From contig OZ025680.1 in NCBI GenBank assembly GCA_964019335.1, forward strand, positions 372,001 through 436,000: a stretch of 64,000 bases of DNA, written 5' to 3'. The DNA is from Diplonema japonicum (Eukaryota > Protista > Euglenozoa: Diplonemea). The position numbers were made by a program, and so were the translations under genes. The notes beneath the pieces were generated by a model. That model made no database searches and had not been told where the DNA came from. It saw only the letters and a list, made by a program, of their open reading frames with translations. How positions within the stretch are numbered: position 1 is the stretch's first letter; each line of letters begins with the position of its first letter. Shown here piece after piece: positions 44,934-55,195 of this stretch.

Positions 44934-47900
44934 GCATCTCTCTTTTTTTTAATGTTGCTTCATCCCTTCTAGTCACCATGTTTACCATCAATTATAAAGA
45001 CATAAATATAATTTAAAAAAAAATACTTTTTAAGAAGTGCGGGTGCTTAAAAGAAATAGAATAAGACACAGGAAGGCAGGTGCTGCTGCAGTTTTTTTTT
45101 TTTTTTTTTTTTTTTTTTGACAAATAAATTACAACAACCGAATAGCAGGGTTGTTTGTAGACAACTATTTGAGAAAGCTGCAGTGTGCCCTTACTACCTT
45201 CCCCTATCTGTACCTATTCTATTTTTCTTTTTTGGGGATTTTTTTTTTTTTTTCGTTTTCTTTTTTATCGCACGAAAGGGAGGGGAAAAAGAGGGAAAAT
45301 ATAAGGGGACAACAACAAAAGGAGCGTGGATCATCCCAATCCCCTCCATTTTCATCCCCCCCCTTCTTTTTTCTACAGTCATAAACACTTTGGGGGTTTT
45401 TTTTTTTGTGTTGACAATTATTCACTTTGGATCTGAATTCCGCTTTAAGGGGCCTTTTGGCAGTCTCTTTATTTGACACCCTTGGTAATTCTTATAAATA
45501 GATTATCCCTTATTTGAAGGGGTATTTTTTTTAAGCGAGATTCAGGATCATTTTCACCTGGATTTTTGCAACAAATTGTGCTGCGGGTTAGTTATAACAT
45601 TTTAAAAAAAGGGGGGGGGTATCGATAATGTGCAATAGGCTAAATTAGTCAGTGAAGGGGGGTGGGGGGCTAAAGAAGAAGAACAAGAACAAACTCAAAT
45701 TAACATGCAAACTCCCAGAGCGAAAGCCGCATGCCCAACAAAAATAGAATAATGATAATGCCTCGGCATCAAAGGGTCATTCTGTTATTTTTTTTTTTTT
45801 TCTTCTTCCACAAATTGTCAAAAAAAATTAGTATAAAAAAAAACCCCTCAATAAAAAAAAGAAAGAAAAGTCACGGATTGGGGGCTCATATTCCTTAAGA
45901 AGAAAGCACACAACACACAAAGATTCTTTTTTTCTTTTTTCTTTTTTTTTAATTCGGGAGGCACCCAAAGGAATGTCCCAGAAAAAGAGAAAAAAAGAGG
46001 GAGGGGGAGAGACCCATAATGGGATAGAGAGACCTCCGAAACAGAGGATAAAGAGTGGGGTGGTGGGCAAAGAACACTAACAACGGGCGTATGGCCGACA
46101 GCCTACGTTTTCCAATCTTTTTCGGTATCATTTATTCTCTTTTTTTTTCAGCTAAATTTGTACCAGTAACAGAGGGGGGGGGGGGGGGGGGGAATAAGAA
46201 GAAGAAAAAGAAATCCTTAATCCTTATAGCAGCCTAAACAGAGAAGAAAAAAACATAAACCTTTCCATGCAAACAATACAGAGAAGGCTTATTACATGGG
46301 GGGGGTTTCTTCTTTTTTTTTCTGACTTTCTTTTTTGTTGTGAACTACTGCGGGATGTACCCCTGTACCCTCACTTAACTCAAATCTTTCTTTAGATAAG
46401 AAAATAGGAGGGGCTAATGCAATTTTCTTTTTTCCCATTCGGTGGTTTTTTTTTTTTTCTCCCTTCTCCCCACACATCATCGCTATCCCTGACAGGACCA
46501 GCCATGATTTGACATGCTCTACAGATTTACTAAAGGAGGCGAACGTGGTAGTTTTTGTTTTTCTTTTTCTTTTTTTCTTTTGTTTTTTTAAAGGGGGGGG
46601 AGAAAAGTATTGCGTTACGGGTTTTTTGTTCTCTCTTTTTCTTTTTTTGCCGCTTCTGGGGGGGGGGGGGGGGGGTGGACAACACTGTAGAATGACTTAA
46701 GTAAAGACCGGGAGGGAATATGGTGGACAGGTTTTTAAAATTAAAAAAAACTTTTAAAAAAAAAGGCCAGTGTTGTTGCAGCCAATATAGTCTACTTGGC
46801 ACACAGAGTATGCCTGCACATCCTGCAGTTCGAAGGGATAAATAAAACCACACCCGTGGGTTCGCCCGTGTCAATCTACAATAGAATATTGCATCACCCT
46901 GAAGCGCAAGTTAAACACTTTAGGTGGAAAAGAGAACGGGGGGGAAGGAAGTACACATTTTTTTTCCCCCATTTTTTGTTTTCTTCATTTTTTGACTTCC
47001 TTGTAGGGCTTAAGCTGTAGTAAAAAAAAAAAAAAAAAAAAAAAAAAAGCATAAAAACATAAAAAAAAACAATAAATCAAAAGAATTATTTTTTTTTCTT
47101 ATGGGATTTCAAGACCCCAGATACCAATAAAAAATATAATTAAGCACACATCTGAAGAAAGAATCTGATATAGACATATGGCGGTCGTCGGGTGGGGAGG
47201 GGAAGAGGAGTGGGGGGGGGGGGGGGGTTGTAAGAGAAAAAAAACACAAAGATAAAAAAATAAAAAAAATAAAGGGGAAAAAAAAAAACCATAGCAAAGA
47301 GTAACTTTCTTTGAAGAAGAGAAACCAAAAAAAAAATCATTGGGCTAAAGAAAAAAAAAAATATATATATATGAGTTAAAGGAGGCCGGTGTTGGCGGCG
47401 CCCTTGAAAAAGAAATAAAAATAAAAAATAAAAACACCTGCTAGGCACGTTCTCTTTGTTCTCCCGAGAACCTCTACACTACGATTAATGCACCAAAACT
47501 TTTTTTTTCTTTCTCCCTTTTTTTTTCACCCATCTATATTGCTAAATACCTATTCCATTCTCCGTGCCCTCGGTTCTTTTCTTTCTTTTTTTTTGTAAAG
47601 TTTATTCTCGCAGTATATACGCAAATATAACGTAAATATAAAGAAATTAAATATAAAAACAATAAAAGATGGTAGAGTAAAGGTGACAGGAAGAAGCCTT
47701 CAACAGGTAAAGAGGGTACCCGCGCACCAGAGATCAAAAGAACAAGGGGGGCAAAAGGAGTCTTGAAGAAAAGAGGGAGAGGAAGAAGGGAAAAAAAAAT
47801 CTCAGCTCACACACCAGGGCATGATAGCAAGCGGCTTGCTACTTCTTTTTTTTTCTTCCTCTTTCTCCCTATTTTCTGTATCCCTTTTATTTTTTCCCCC

Positions 47901-49609
47901 CCCTTGCTCTTTTTTTTTTTTTTTCAGTTTCTCTTTTTTTTTTCAGGTTGCTTGATATTTTTTCAGGGGGGGGGAATGGGGAAGAAGTAATTATTCATCA
48001 TTAGGAGATGTTCGCTTCTATAACAGAAACTACCATAAAACATAGAGAGGAAAAAAATCATAAAAAAAATGAGAAGAAAGGGGTAAGTAAGAGGGCTATT
48101 CAAAAAAAAATAAGAGTAGTAAGCCCTGAAGGTGAGGTAAGGGTATGCGAAGGGGGTCTTTTTTTTTCCATTTTCCGGTTCTTTCGTTTTCTCGTTCATC
48201 ATCTTCCTCCTTTTCTAGAACCAGAAAAAAAAATGCCCCCCTCCACATAACTTTGACCTACACCAGGAGGAGGAAAAAATACCAAAAAATAAAGAGAGGA
48301 GAAAAAAAAGAGAAAAAAGAGAGAAAGAGAGGCAGAGAGAATAGGGGGGGGGGGGGGGAGAAAGAAAGGAGCAAAGCAAAAAACGCTGATAGATTATTAC
48401 ATTTTTTTTTTGGTTTTTTATTTATTTATTTTTTTTTTTAGCGTTGATTTTTGTTCCTGTTCTCTTCTTTCCCTCGTTTTGTGGTTGTTTTGTTTCCCTT
48501 TTTTTTTTTATATTTCCCTCCTTTTCGTTCTTCCGGTAATTTGGCATTTGTTTGCTAGTGCTGAGCGGGCTGAAAACTATTTGAAATCAACTAAAACCGC
48601 GTTACCAACAAGTACTCGTTTTTTTTTTTTTTTTTTTTTTCTTGGTTGCTTTTTTTTTTTTACCAGAAGAAGAAATGACATACATCTTATTGAGGGAAAT
48701 AACAAAGGGGTGGGGGGGGGGGGGGGGGGGGGAGTATTTTGCTGCGATTTCTGTTACGATTTGGTCTGAGCCCGATCGAGGCTGGCACTTGTTGACTACT
48801 TCCCCCCTTTTTTTTTCCCTAATCAGAACTCTGAAAAATGGACGAATTTCGAGTCTGGTTGGTACTCTTTTTTTTCCCTCTCTCTCTCTCTCTTTTGTTT
48901 TTTTGTTGTTTTTTTTTTTTTTCTTCCTTGGCTGGATCATTAGAACCAAGAAGGTTGCAGGGGTTTGGAAAAAAAAGGGGAGGGGGGGAATAGAATTCAG
49001 AAAAAGCTACAGAACACATAAAAAAAAGAGCAGCTGAGGCAAAGGCTTTGATTGAGGCCTCCTGCCTCTGCCTGCTGCGTAGAGCAAGAAAAGAATTTGA
49101 GGAAAAAAGAAGATAATAGGAGACATAGAGAAAGAGGAAACTCAAAGTTAAACTTAAGAAGAGTATGTAGCACTGGTAAACAGGTAAAAAAAAAAAAGAA
49201 ACTTGCGGTACTTTTTTCTTCAAAAAAATCAATGTAAACAAAAATAGACATCCCAAAAAAATAGAAAATAGGAGGCGGGGGAAAAACCAGGGACATGAAG
49301 GGACGAGGATCAGTCGGAAGGGGGGGGAATAAAAAAATGAGGAGATAAAAAAAAACAATGTCCATTCCAACTTTTTGACCTCCTCTCCCATTCTTTTCTT
49401 CTTTTTTTTTGTGAGAAAAAGAAAATACCTAAATGTGAAGACTTACCGGTTGTTTCCCGCTACTATAAAAAAAGGGGGGGGGGAGGGGAAACAAAACCCA
49501 AGGGGGAAAAGAAGAATTTGGAGAAATAAGCGTTTTCCATCAGCTTTAGAGCAAAAAAAAGGAGGAAAAAAAGAGAGAATTTTTTTTTGGGGGAATGGAA
49601 GCGACTCAT

Positions 49610-49647
<38 letters not shown>

Positions 49648-51599
49648 CTTTTGGTTTATTTCAGTTTTTATTGTGGGTGACATGGGTGCACATAACGGGG
49701 AAATATGACATGCAACCCCAGAATATTCTGCCAAGCCTTGTAGCCACGTATTTGAAGAAACCTCTGGTCTTGACTGTGCAGAATCTCGAAAGGCCTGAGG
49801 AGCAAGGTAACTCACCCAGTTCTACGAGTGGCACGTAAAACGCAACCTTAAAAAGTTTCTATTCTTTGCACTAAGCGGCTTTTTTCTTTTCTTTTTCTTT
49901 TTTTACCGTAGAACCCTTTTGAAAAAAACTTTTGTCCCGGAAATACTTACATTCTGGGTTTTTCTTTTTTCTTTTTTTTTCTCCTTCTATTTCAATGGGG
50001 GGAAAATGAGAGCAAATCAAAATTCGGGAAGAAAAAAAAAGGGGGGACCTTTTAATGAAAGAAATGAGTTTTTTTTCATAAATAAAACCTCATTTTTCAT
50101 TCATGCTTTAGGGGGCAGGAGAAATCTAGGACCACTAGTACCTATATTCCACCTTTAAGCAAAACATTTGCTTGGGGACGGGACCAGATACTTAATCACG
50201 GTGTTCCACATCTTTACCCTCTAGAGGGGGAGTACCCAGAAAACCCATCAAATAAAAAAATCCACACTGTGAATAAAAATTGCTCTTTTCTGTTTTTTTT
50301 TTTTTCTTAAAAAAAAATTTTGATCGGGGCATATGGGGGGGGGGGGGCAAAAACAAAAAAAGGAGGAAAAAAAAAACAAAAATAAGAAGAAAACTCGCTC
50401 CTTTTTCTTTTTCTTCCTTCAAAAAAAAAAAAAGATTCTGTAAAAAAAAAGAAGCAAAAGAAGAATAACCCAAAACATATTTAAAAGAAAATAAATAAAA
50501 GAATGCATGCAACAATGACCCACCTGACAAAAAAATAAAAGCCTAAGAACCTGCTCTGCTTCAAGATAGTGGTCAATTCCGCAATCTATAAGTCAGTGTG
50601 GGCTCTTTGAAGACTCTAAAAGAGGACGAAGATAAAAAAAAAAGGAGAAATGAAGAGAAACGAACAACAAGATATAAAAAAAAACAAAAATATCAGGGTG
50701 GCAATGCATGTCGAAGAAGAAGAAAAAAGAATGGGGGAAATCGGTTATCTGGGCACGTGGAAGATGGTCACTTTGCAACGAAGATCACACATCCAGCGTG
50801 CGGTCAACTGAATGGGTTGTAGAATTTTTTTTTTTTTTTTTTTTTTTTTTTCTATTTCCAATTTTCTGACGAAGACAAATCAAGGGACATTTTTCCATTC
50901 AAACTGAGGGAGGGGAAGGAGGGGAAGACATTGATTTTCTTAAAGCTAAAAAAAAAAAAAAAAAAACACACAAAACAAACTCCAGGGATAACCGAATACT
51001 TTACTCTAACCTTCTTATTAATTGCAACAAAAGAAACATTGTTTTCCTGATCTCATCAAGTGTTGCACTACTGGGGGGGGGGGGGGGGTCAATTTAGCTT
51101 TAAAGGCTCAGATCTTGCATTCATATTGGGGGTTTCGCATATTGTTTGCACAAACACAATATTCTATTTGAGTGAGTTATCGGTTATCCCTGGATGTTGA
51201 ACCTTGTTTTCGATTTTTTTTTTTGAAAAGACCACAGTTGTATTCTTACTTTTTCTATTTTACTCAAAGGAGCATGATTTGTAAAACACGAAAAAAAAAA
51301 AAAAAAACGAAAAAAAATAGGGCGGAGAGATGTCAAAGGGAAGATAGAAGGTCCGTTGCCGAGATTTTTTAGATCTTTCACATTCTTCTTTTTACCGTCT
51401 TCTTCCATCTGCCAGACAGCGTAATTTTTTTTTCAGATAAAAAAAAATGTTGCGGGCTGGCATTCGTCCCCACCATACCAGATTTTTCAAATCATAAAGG
51501 CCAAAGACCAGCACATTGAAAGTAAAGGGGGGGGAAGAAAGAATTGCCAAATGTAGTCTTTTTTTTTCCCTTTCTTTTTTTGAGGATTCTATTGAGAAT

Positions 51600-51633
<34 letters not shown>

Positions 51634-52650
51634 CAGCTAGGTTTTTTTTTTATTTTATTTTTTTTTGAAAGTTTTTAGTTTACTCTTTTTTTTTTTTTTT
51701 TTTTTTGTTATTTTACCCCCTTTATTTCAGTTTTAAAAAATCCATTGGCACTTGGTCTCTAGGGAGTTCTGTGTGTCATTAAAGCCTGTTTTCGCTGGAA
51801 AAGATAGAGATAGAGACTTTTCGTCAGCTTTGGTTATACTTGGCTTGAAGCCATGTGCACCAACACACTCAGTTCTGTCTCGGGAGTCTGTGCCGCCAGT
51901 GGAGGAATATTTGAGTACATTTTCTTTTAAACTGAAATAAAAAATATTTATATGACGAGTAAATTGTTTCTTTTTTTTTTAAATTTTTTTCACACTTGCT
52001 ATTTTTTTTTTTCTTCATTTCTTTTTTATTTATTTGTTGAGACACCATTCTCGCTGCAAGTGTATGTAGGGAGGACGAAAAAGAAAGCATAAACATAAAG
52101 GAAATAAGCAAAAAAGAGCCCTTCCGCAAACAATTTTTTTTTTGGGGGGAGACAGCCAGCAATACATAGTAGTCTTAAGAGCTTTGGTAAGTCCGAGCAT
52201 TGTGGTACGGCTATCTCCCTAAAGGAGATCAGGAAGTGACAGGCTGTCTGCATGGAACTGGCCGCTGCTGCAGCGATGCAATCAACCCAGCAAGCGGCCA
52301 AGGCTGAAGATCAGTTGGCATAGTTAAAGAGAATAGAAAGGCAAGAGACACGCAGTACAGCCGCATGTTAAGATAAAAAAAAACCCCCCAAGTTGTGTGC
52401 AGCAACGCTGTAGCAGTAAGTAATATTAAAAATAAGCCCACGCCTGGATCTTGCTGCCTGTGAGGCTCCAGCTATAAAGATTCAACTTTAACATCCACAG
52501 TTCTTTTTCTTTTTCCGTTTTTTTTTTTTTTTTTTTTTTTTTTCTTTTTTTTTTTTTTTTCCTGGTCGAGTGGGTTTAGGGGGGGCAAAATAAAATTCTG
52601 CCCACCTAACCCAATTCCCCGAACAGTGGGTGAAGTAAAACATGTAAACT
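42750..52650 (+). ncRNA. Candidate giant multi-domain structured RNA or cluster of structured RNAs
   Basis: Dozens of nested inverted complements (e.g. perfect 15-bp 50981-50995/51180-51194), plus-strand G-U wobbles, UUCG and GAAA loops, and no credible ORF. Confidence 0.55.
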
Positions 52651-52743
52651 ATAAAAAAAAGACTTAAACTATAAAAAAAAAAGTATTTTCATATATAATA
52701 TATAGTGCCAGTGCCGTGCTACGCACGCACAAGGAAGGATACT

Positions 52744-53208
52744 TCAGTTTGTTTGCATCCCGAAGACACTCAGAACATGCGCATCAAGCTCCTCCTCAGT
52801 CATCGCGTGGACACCACCGTTGTCATTGTTCTCCACATCGCTCTCGCAGTAGGCCGCCCCGTGCCCTGTGCTCACAACCTCGTCGGAGGACGTGGACCAG
52901 GTCAACACCTCTATCGTTTCTTGGTTCAAACTCCCAGAGTCCGTCTCTGTTTCTGTGTACTGCTTTGTCTTCACCTTCTTGAAGACATGCAGCTTTGGGC
53001 ACTGTTCGCCAAGGGCGCATTTGCTTGTCGACAGGAAGCTTGGGCACCTTGAGATGTCGCTTGCGGAGACCTTCCATTTATTGGAGCATTCAATGCATCG
53101 CAGAATCTTGTTCCTCTTCCTTGTCCTTACATCTTCCCAACAGTTGTGCGTGCACGGCTTCACGTGTGCCAGGGGCGTGGAGAAAAGGGTGTCCTCGGTC
53201 TCGACCAT
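52744..53208 (-). CDS. Zinc-finger protein (CxH...CxxC plus CCCH), 154 aa
   Basis: PCTHNCWEDVR...LRCIECSNKWK...RCPSFLSTSKCALGEQCPKLH; start MVETED after an A-run. From memory this architecture is common in diplonemid proteomes; not searched. Confidence 0.8.
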   Translation of the reverse strand: MVETEDTLFSTPLAHVKPCTHNCWEDVRTRKRNKILRCIECSNKWKVSASDISRCPSFLSTSKCALGEQCPKLHVFKKVKTKQYTETETDSGSLNQETIEVLTWSTSSDEVVSTGHGAAYCESDVENNDNGGVHAMTEEELDAHVLSVFGMQTN

Positions 53209-53641
53209 TTTTCTTTTTTTTAATGTCTGATGCCTGTGTGCTGTGAAGATGCGTGAGGGGAGGAGAATACAATGTGAATACAATTTTAAGAGACTACAAT
53301 GAGAAAAAAATAATGGTTTCTATGAAGAAGATCTTTCTTACCAATTGAAAAGACAAGGGTACAGGCACTGGAAAGATGCGTCACCAGTTGTTGGAGTTGA
53401 CCTCGCTGGCCCAAGGAACGGACGTAAGAGGTTTGAAGCCCCATCTGGTCCGCATATTGCAATTTAAACTTCCCCCCAAAGATAATTTTTCGTCTCTATG
53501 AAGCAGCAAGTTTTTCTAGTGTGAAAAGTATATTTCTCAAAAGCAGGACGGAGAAACTTCAAGAGAAATGGACGCAAAAAGTTTCTAGTCTCAAAAAATT
53601 TCTAGGTTCAAAAATGCTTTCCGAAGGGGGGGGGGGCTACA

Positions 53642-55195
53642 TTAGATGTGGTTACAATGCTTGCATTTAGGTTGCAGGAGCTTTTTGTAGCTGCGAAGGA
53701 TTTCTACTTGTTCGCACGGTGCGCCCTGCCACAGCACTCTCAATCTAGCGCTATCTATTTTTCCTAACCACACTTGGCTGCTGCCTTGCAATACCTTGTA
53801 TTCAGCAATGCCTTCCATGGCACGTGGGACTGCGTGACCAGTGCACTTGTGCATAGGGAAAGGGCCATCCTCGTTATCATTAATACAAATCTGTAGCCCC
53901 TTGGGTCCTCTGGCTATATCTAGCACAGATGCATCTCCCTCACTCTGCCATCTTCCTTCTAGAGGCACTTGTGCCTCGGCAGCCACACGAGCAGCATGTT
54001 CGTCCCTCAATGCTTCCCTCAGCCGCTCGATCTCCAACCGGTACAAGCTGACTTCTTCCTTATGCCCCTCCGTGCACCTTTGAAGAGTCACTATTTCTTC
54101 TTTCAGCTTCATCACTTCCTTTGCCCTTTTCTTGTGCATTTTCTTCTCCACGTTCTTCTTACCAACCTGTGCAGCCAGTTCCTCAACTTGCTTCTTGAAC
54201 GAGTCCTCTTGGACGCGTGCTATGGTGGGCCGTGCTATGGTAGGTGTGCGGTGCTTTTCTTTCTGCAGCTGCCTGCGGAGGTCTGAGATGCAGCCCAAGA
54301 GGGAAACCTGTTGTGCTTGCTTAGTACTGTTGCACCACAAGATTGGGCTTTGTAAGATTGTGACCGCATCATGCTCTAGGGTGCACAACCCCAGTGCATG
54401 CGGGATATCAAAATCTACTGACACGTGAGTCTCAGTGGCATCCACCACATAGCCCACTGTGCCACGTGGGATGCCTAGGGCATCTGTCCTGAGACGCACA
54501 GCTGAATTTACAGTGGGCTGTGTCCGGATGGTTTCAATATTACCACCGATAAGCGCTTGCACTCTGTAGCAATCAGCCCGTCTTCCCTTCACAGTGAGAA
54601 AAGAAGCACTTCGGTCGTATTCAATGATGCAATCGTACATTCGCTTCCATTCTTCTATCTTGTCACGCATGTTGTCAGGCATCGTAGGGTCCTTAACCAT
54701 CAGTGTGAACACAGGTTCAGCATCATCAAGCAGCTTTAGAAGCTTCTCCTCTCGTGCACGGCTAACGGTGCCCTTCATGTCTACTCTTTCTACTTCATAC
54801 ACCCGAAGCTTTTGACGCAGCTCCAGCAGTTCCTGATAGCATCTCTCAAATGTATAATAGGCCCTAGAGCCCTGTGTGACGTACCCATCCTTCACAGACC
54901 CGACAACAACACCAATAGCATCTGTGCACAATGACATACCCTGGGGGGCACACATAACAGTTTTCTTTGCTTTTCGTTTGGTCTTCGGTGCATAGGAGAT
55001 GGCTGGTGTATGTTTCATGCAAGGCTCAGTGTGCAAGTGGTTCCCTGATAGTGCAGTTACCATGTCCCTTTCTGACAGTCTTGAGACTGCTGTAGTGTGC
55101 TCTGTTGCCCTTGATGTTGCCCCATGCTCAACAGCTGTGTGCTCCAATTGCTCCTCGTTTATTGTACAGGCAGCCTCACTACTACGTTCAGACAT
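53642..55195 (-). CDS. Hypothetical protein with coiled-coil segment, 517 aa
   Basis: Intact ORF with a CAG acceptor just upstream of the ATG; no recognisable family. Confidence 0.65.
   Translation of the reverse strand: MSERSSEAACTINEEQLEHTAVEHGATSRATEHTTAVSRLSERDMVTALSGNHLHTEPCMKHTPAISYAPKTKRKAKKTVMCAPQGMSLCTDAIGVVVGSVKDGYVTQGSRAYYTFERCYQELLELRQKLRVYEVERVDMKGTVSRAREEKLLKLLDDAEPVFTLMVKDPTMPDNMRDKIEEWKRMYDCIIEYDRSASFLTVKGRRADCYRVQALIGGNIETIRTQPTVNSAVRLRTDALGIPRGTVGYVVDATETHVSVDFDIPHALGLCTLEHDAVTILQSPILWCNSTKQAQQVSLLGCISDLRRQLQKEKHRTPTIARPTIARVQEDSFKKQVEELAAQVGKKNVEKKMHKKRAKEVMKLKEEIVTLQRCTEGHKEEVSLYRLEIERLREALRDEHAARVAAEAQVPLEGRWQSEGDASVLDIARGPKGLQICINDNEDGPFPMHKCTGHAVPRAMEGIAEYKVLQGSSQVWLGKIDSARLRVLWQGAPCEQVEILRSYKKLLQPKCKHCNHI

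Noticed and set aside
50983-50992. CAGGGATAAC resembles a conserved LSU rRNA motif
   Set aside because: No other rRNA core motifs are nearby, and the sequence is explained as one arm of a local 15-bp stem.
43700-52500. Many 60-190-aa ORFs rich in poly-Lys, poly-Phe and poly-Gly
   Set aside because: Translations of A/T/G homopolymers; I found no consistent exon chain or conserved motif.
52570-52615. GGGTTTAGGG / CCTAACCC as telomeric repeat or telomerase template
   Set aside because: Single imperfect units that pair with each other in one hairpin; not enough to call a template.
53395-53460. CCTCGCTGGC resembling the HDV ribozyme P3/L3
   Set aside because: The 5' strand of P3 and the P1/P2 partners are missing.
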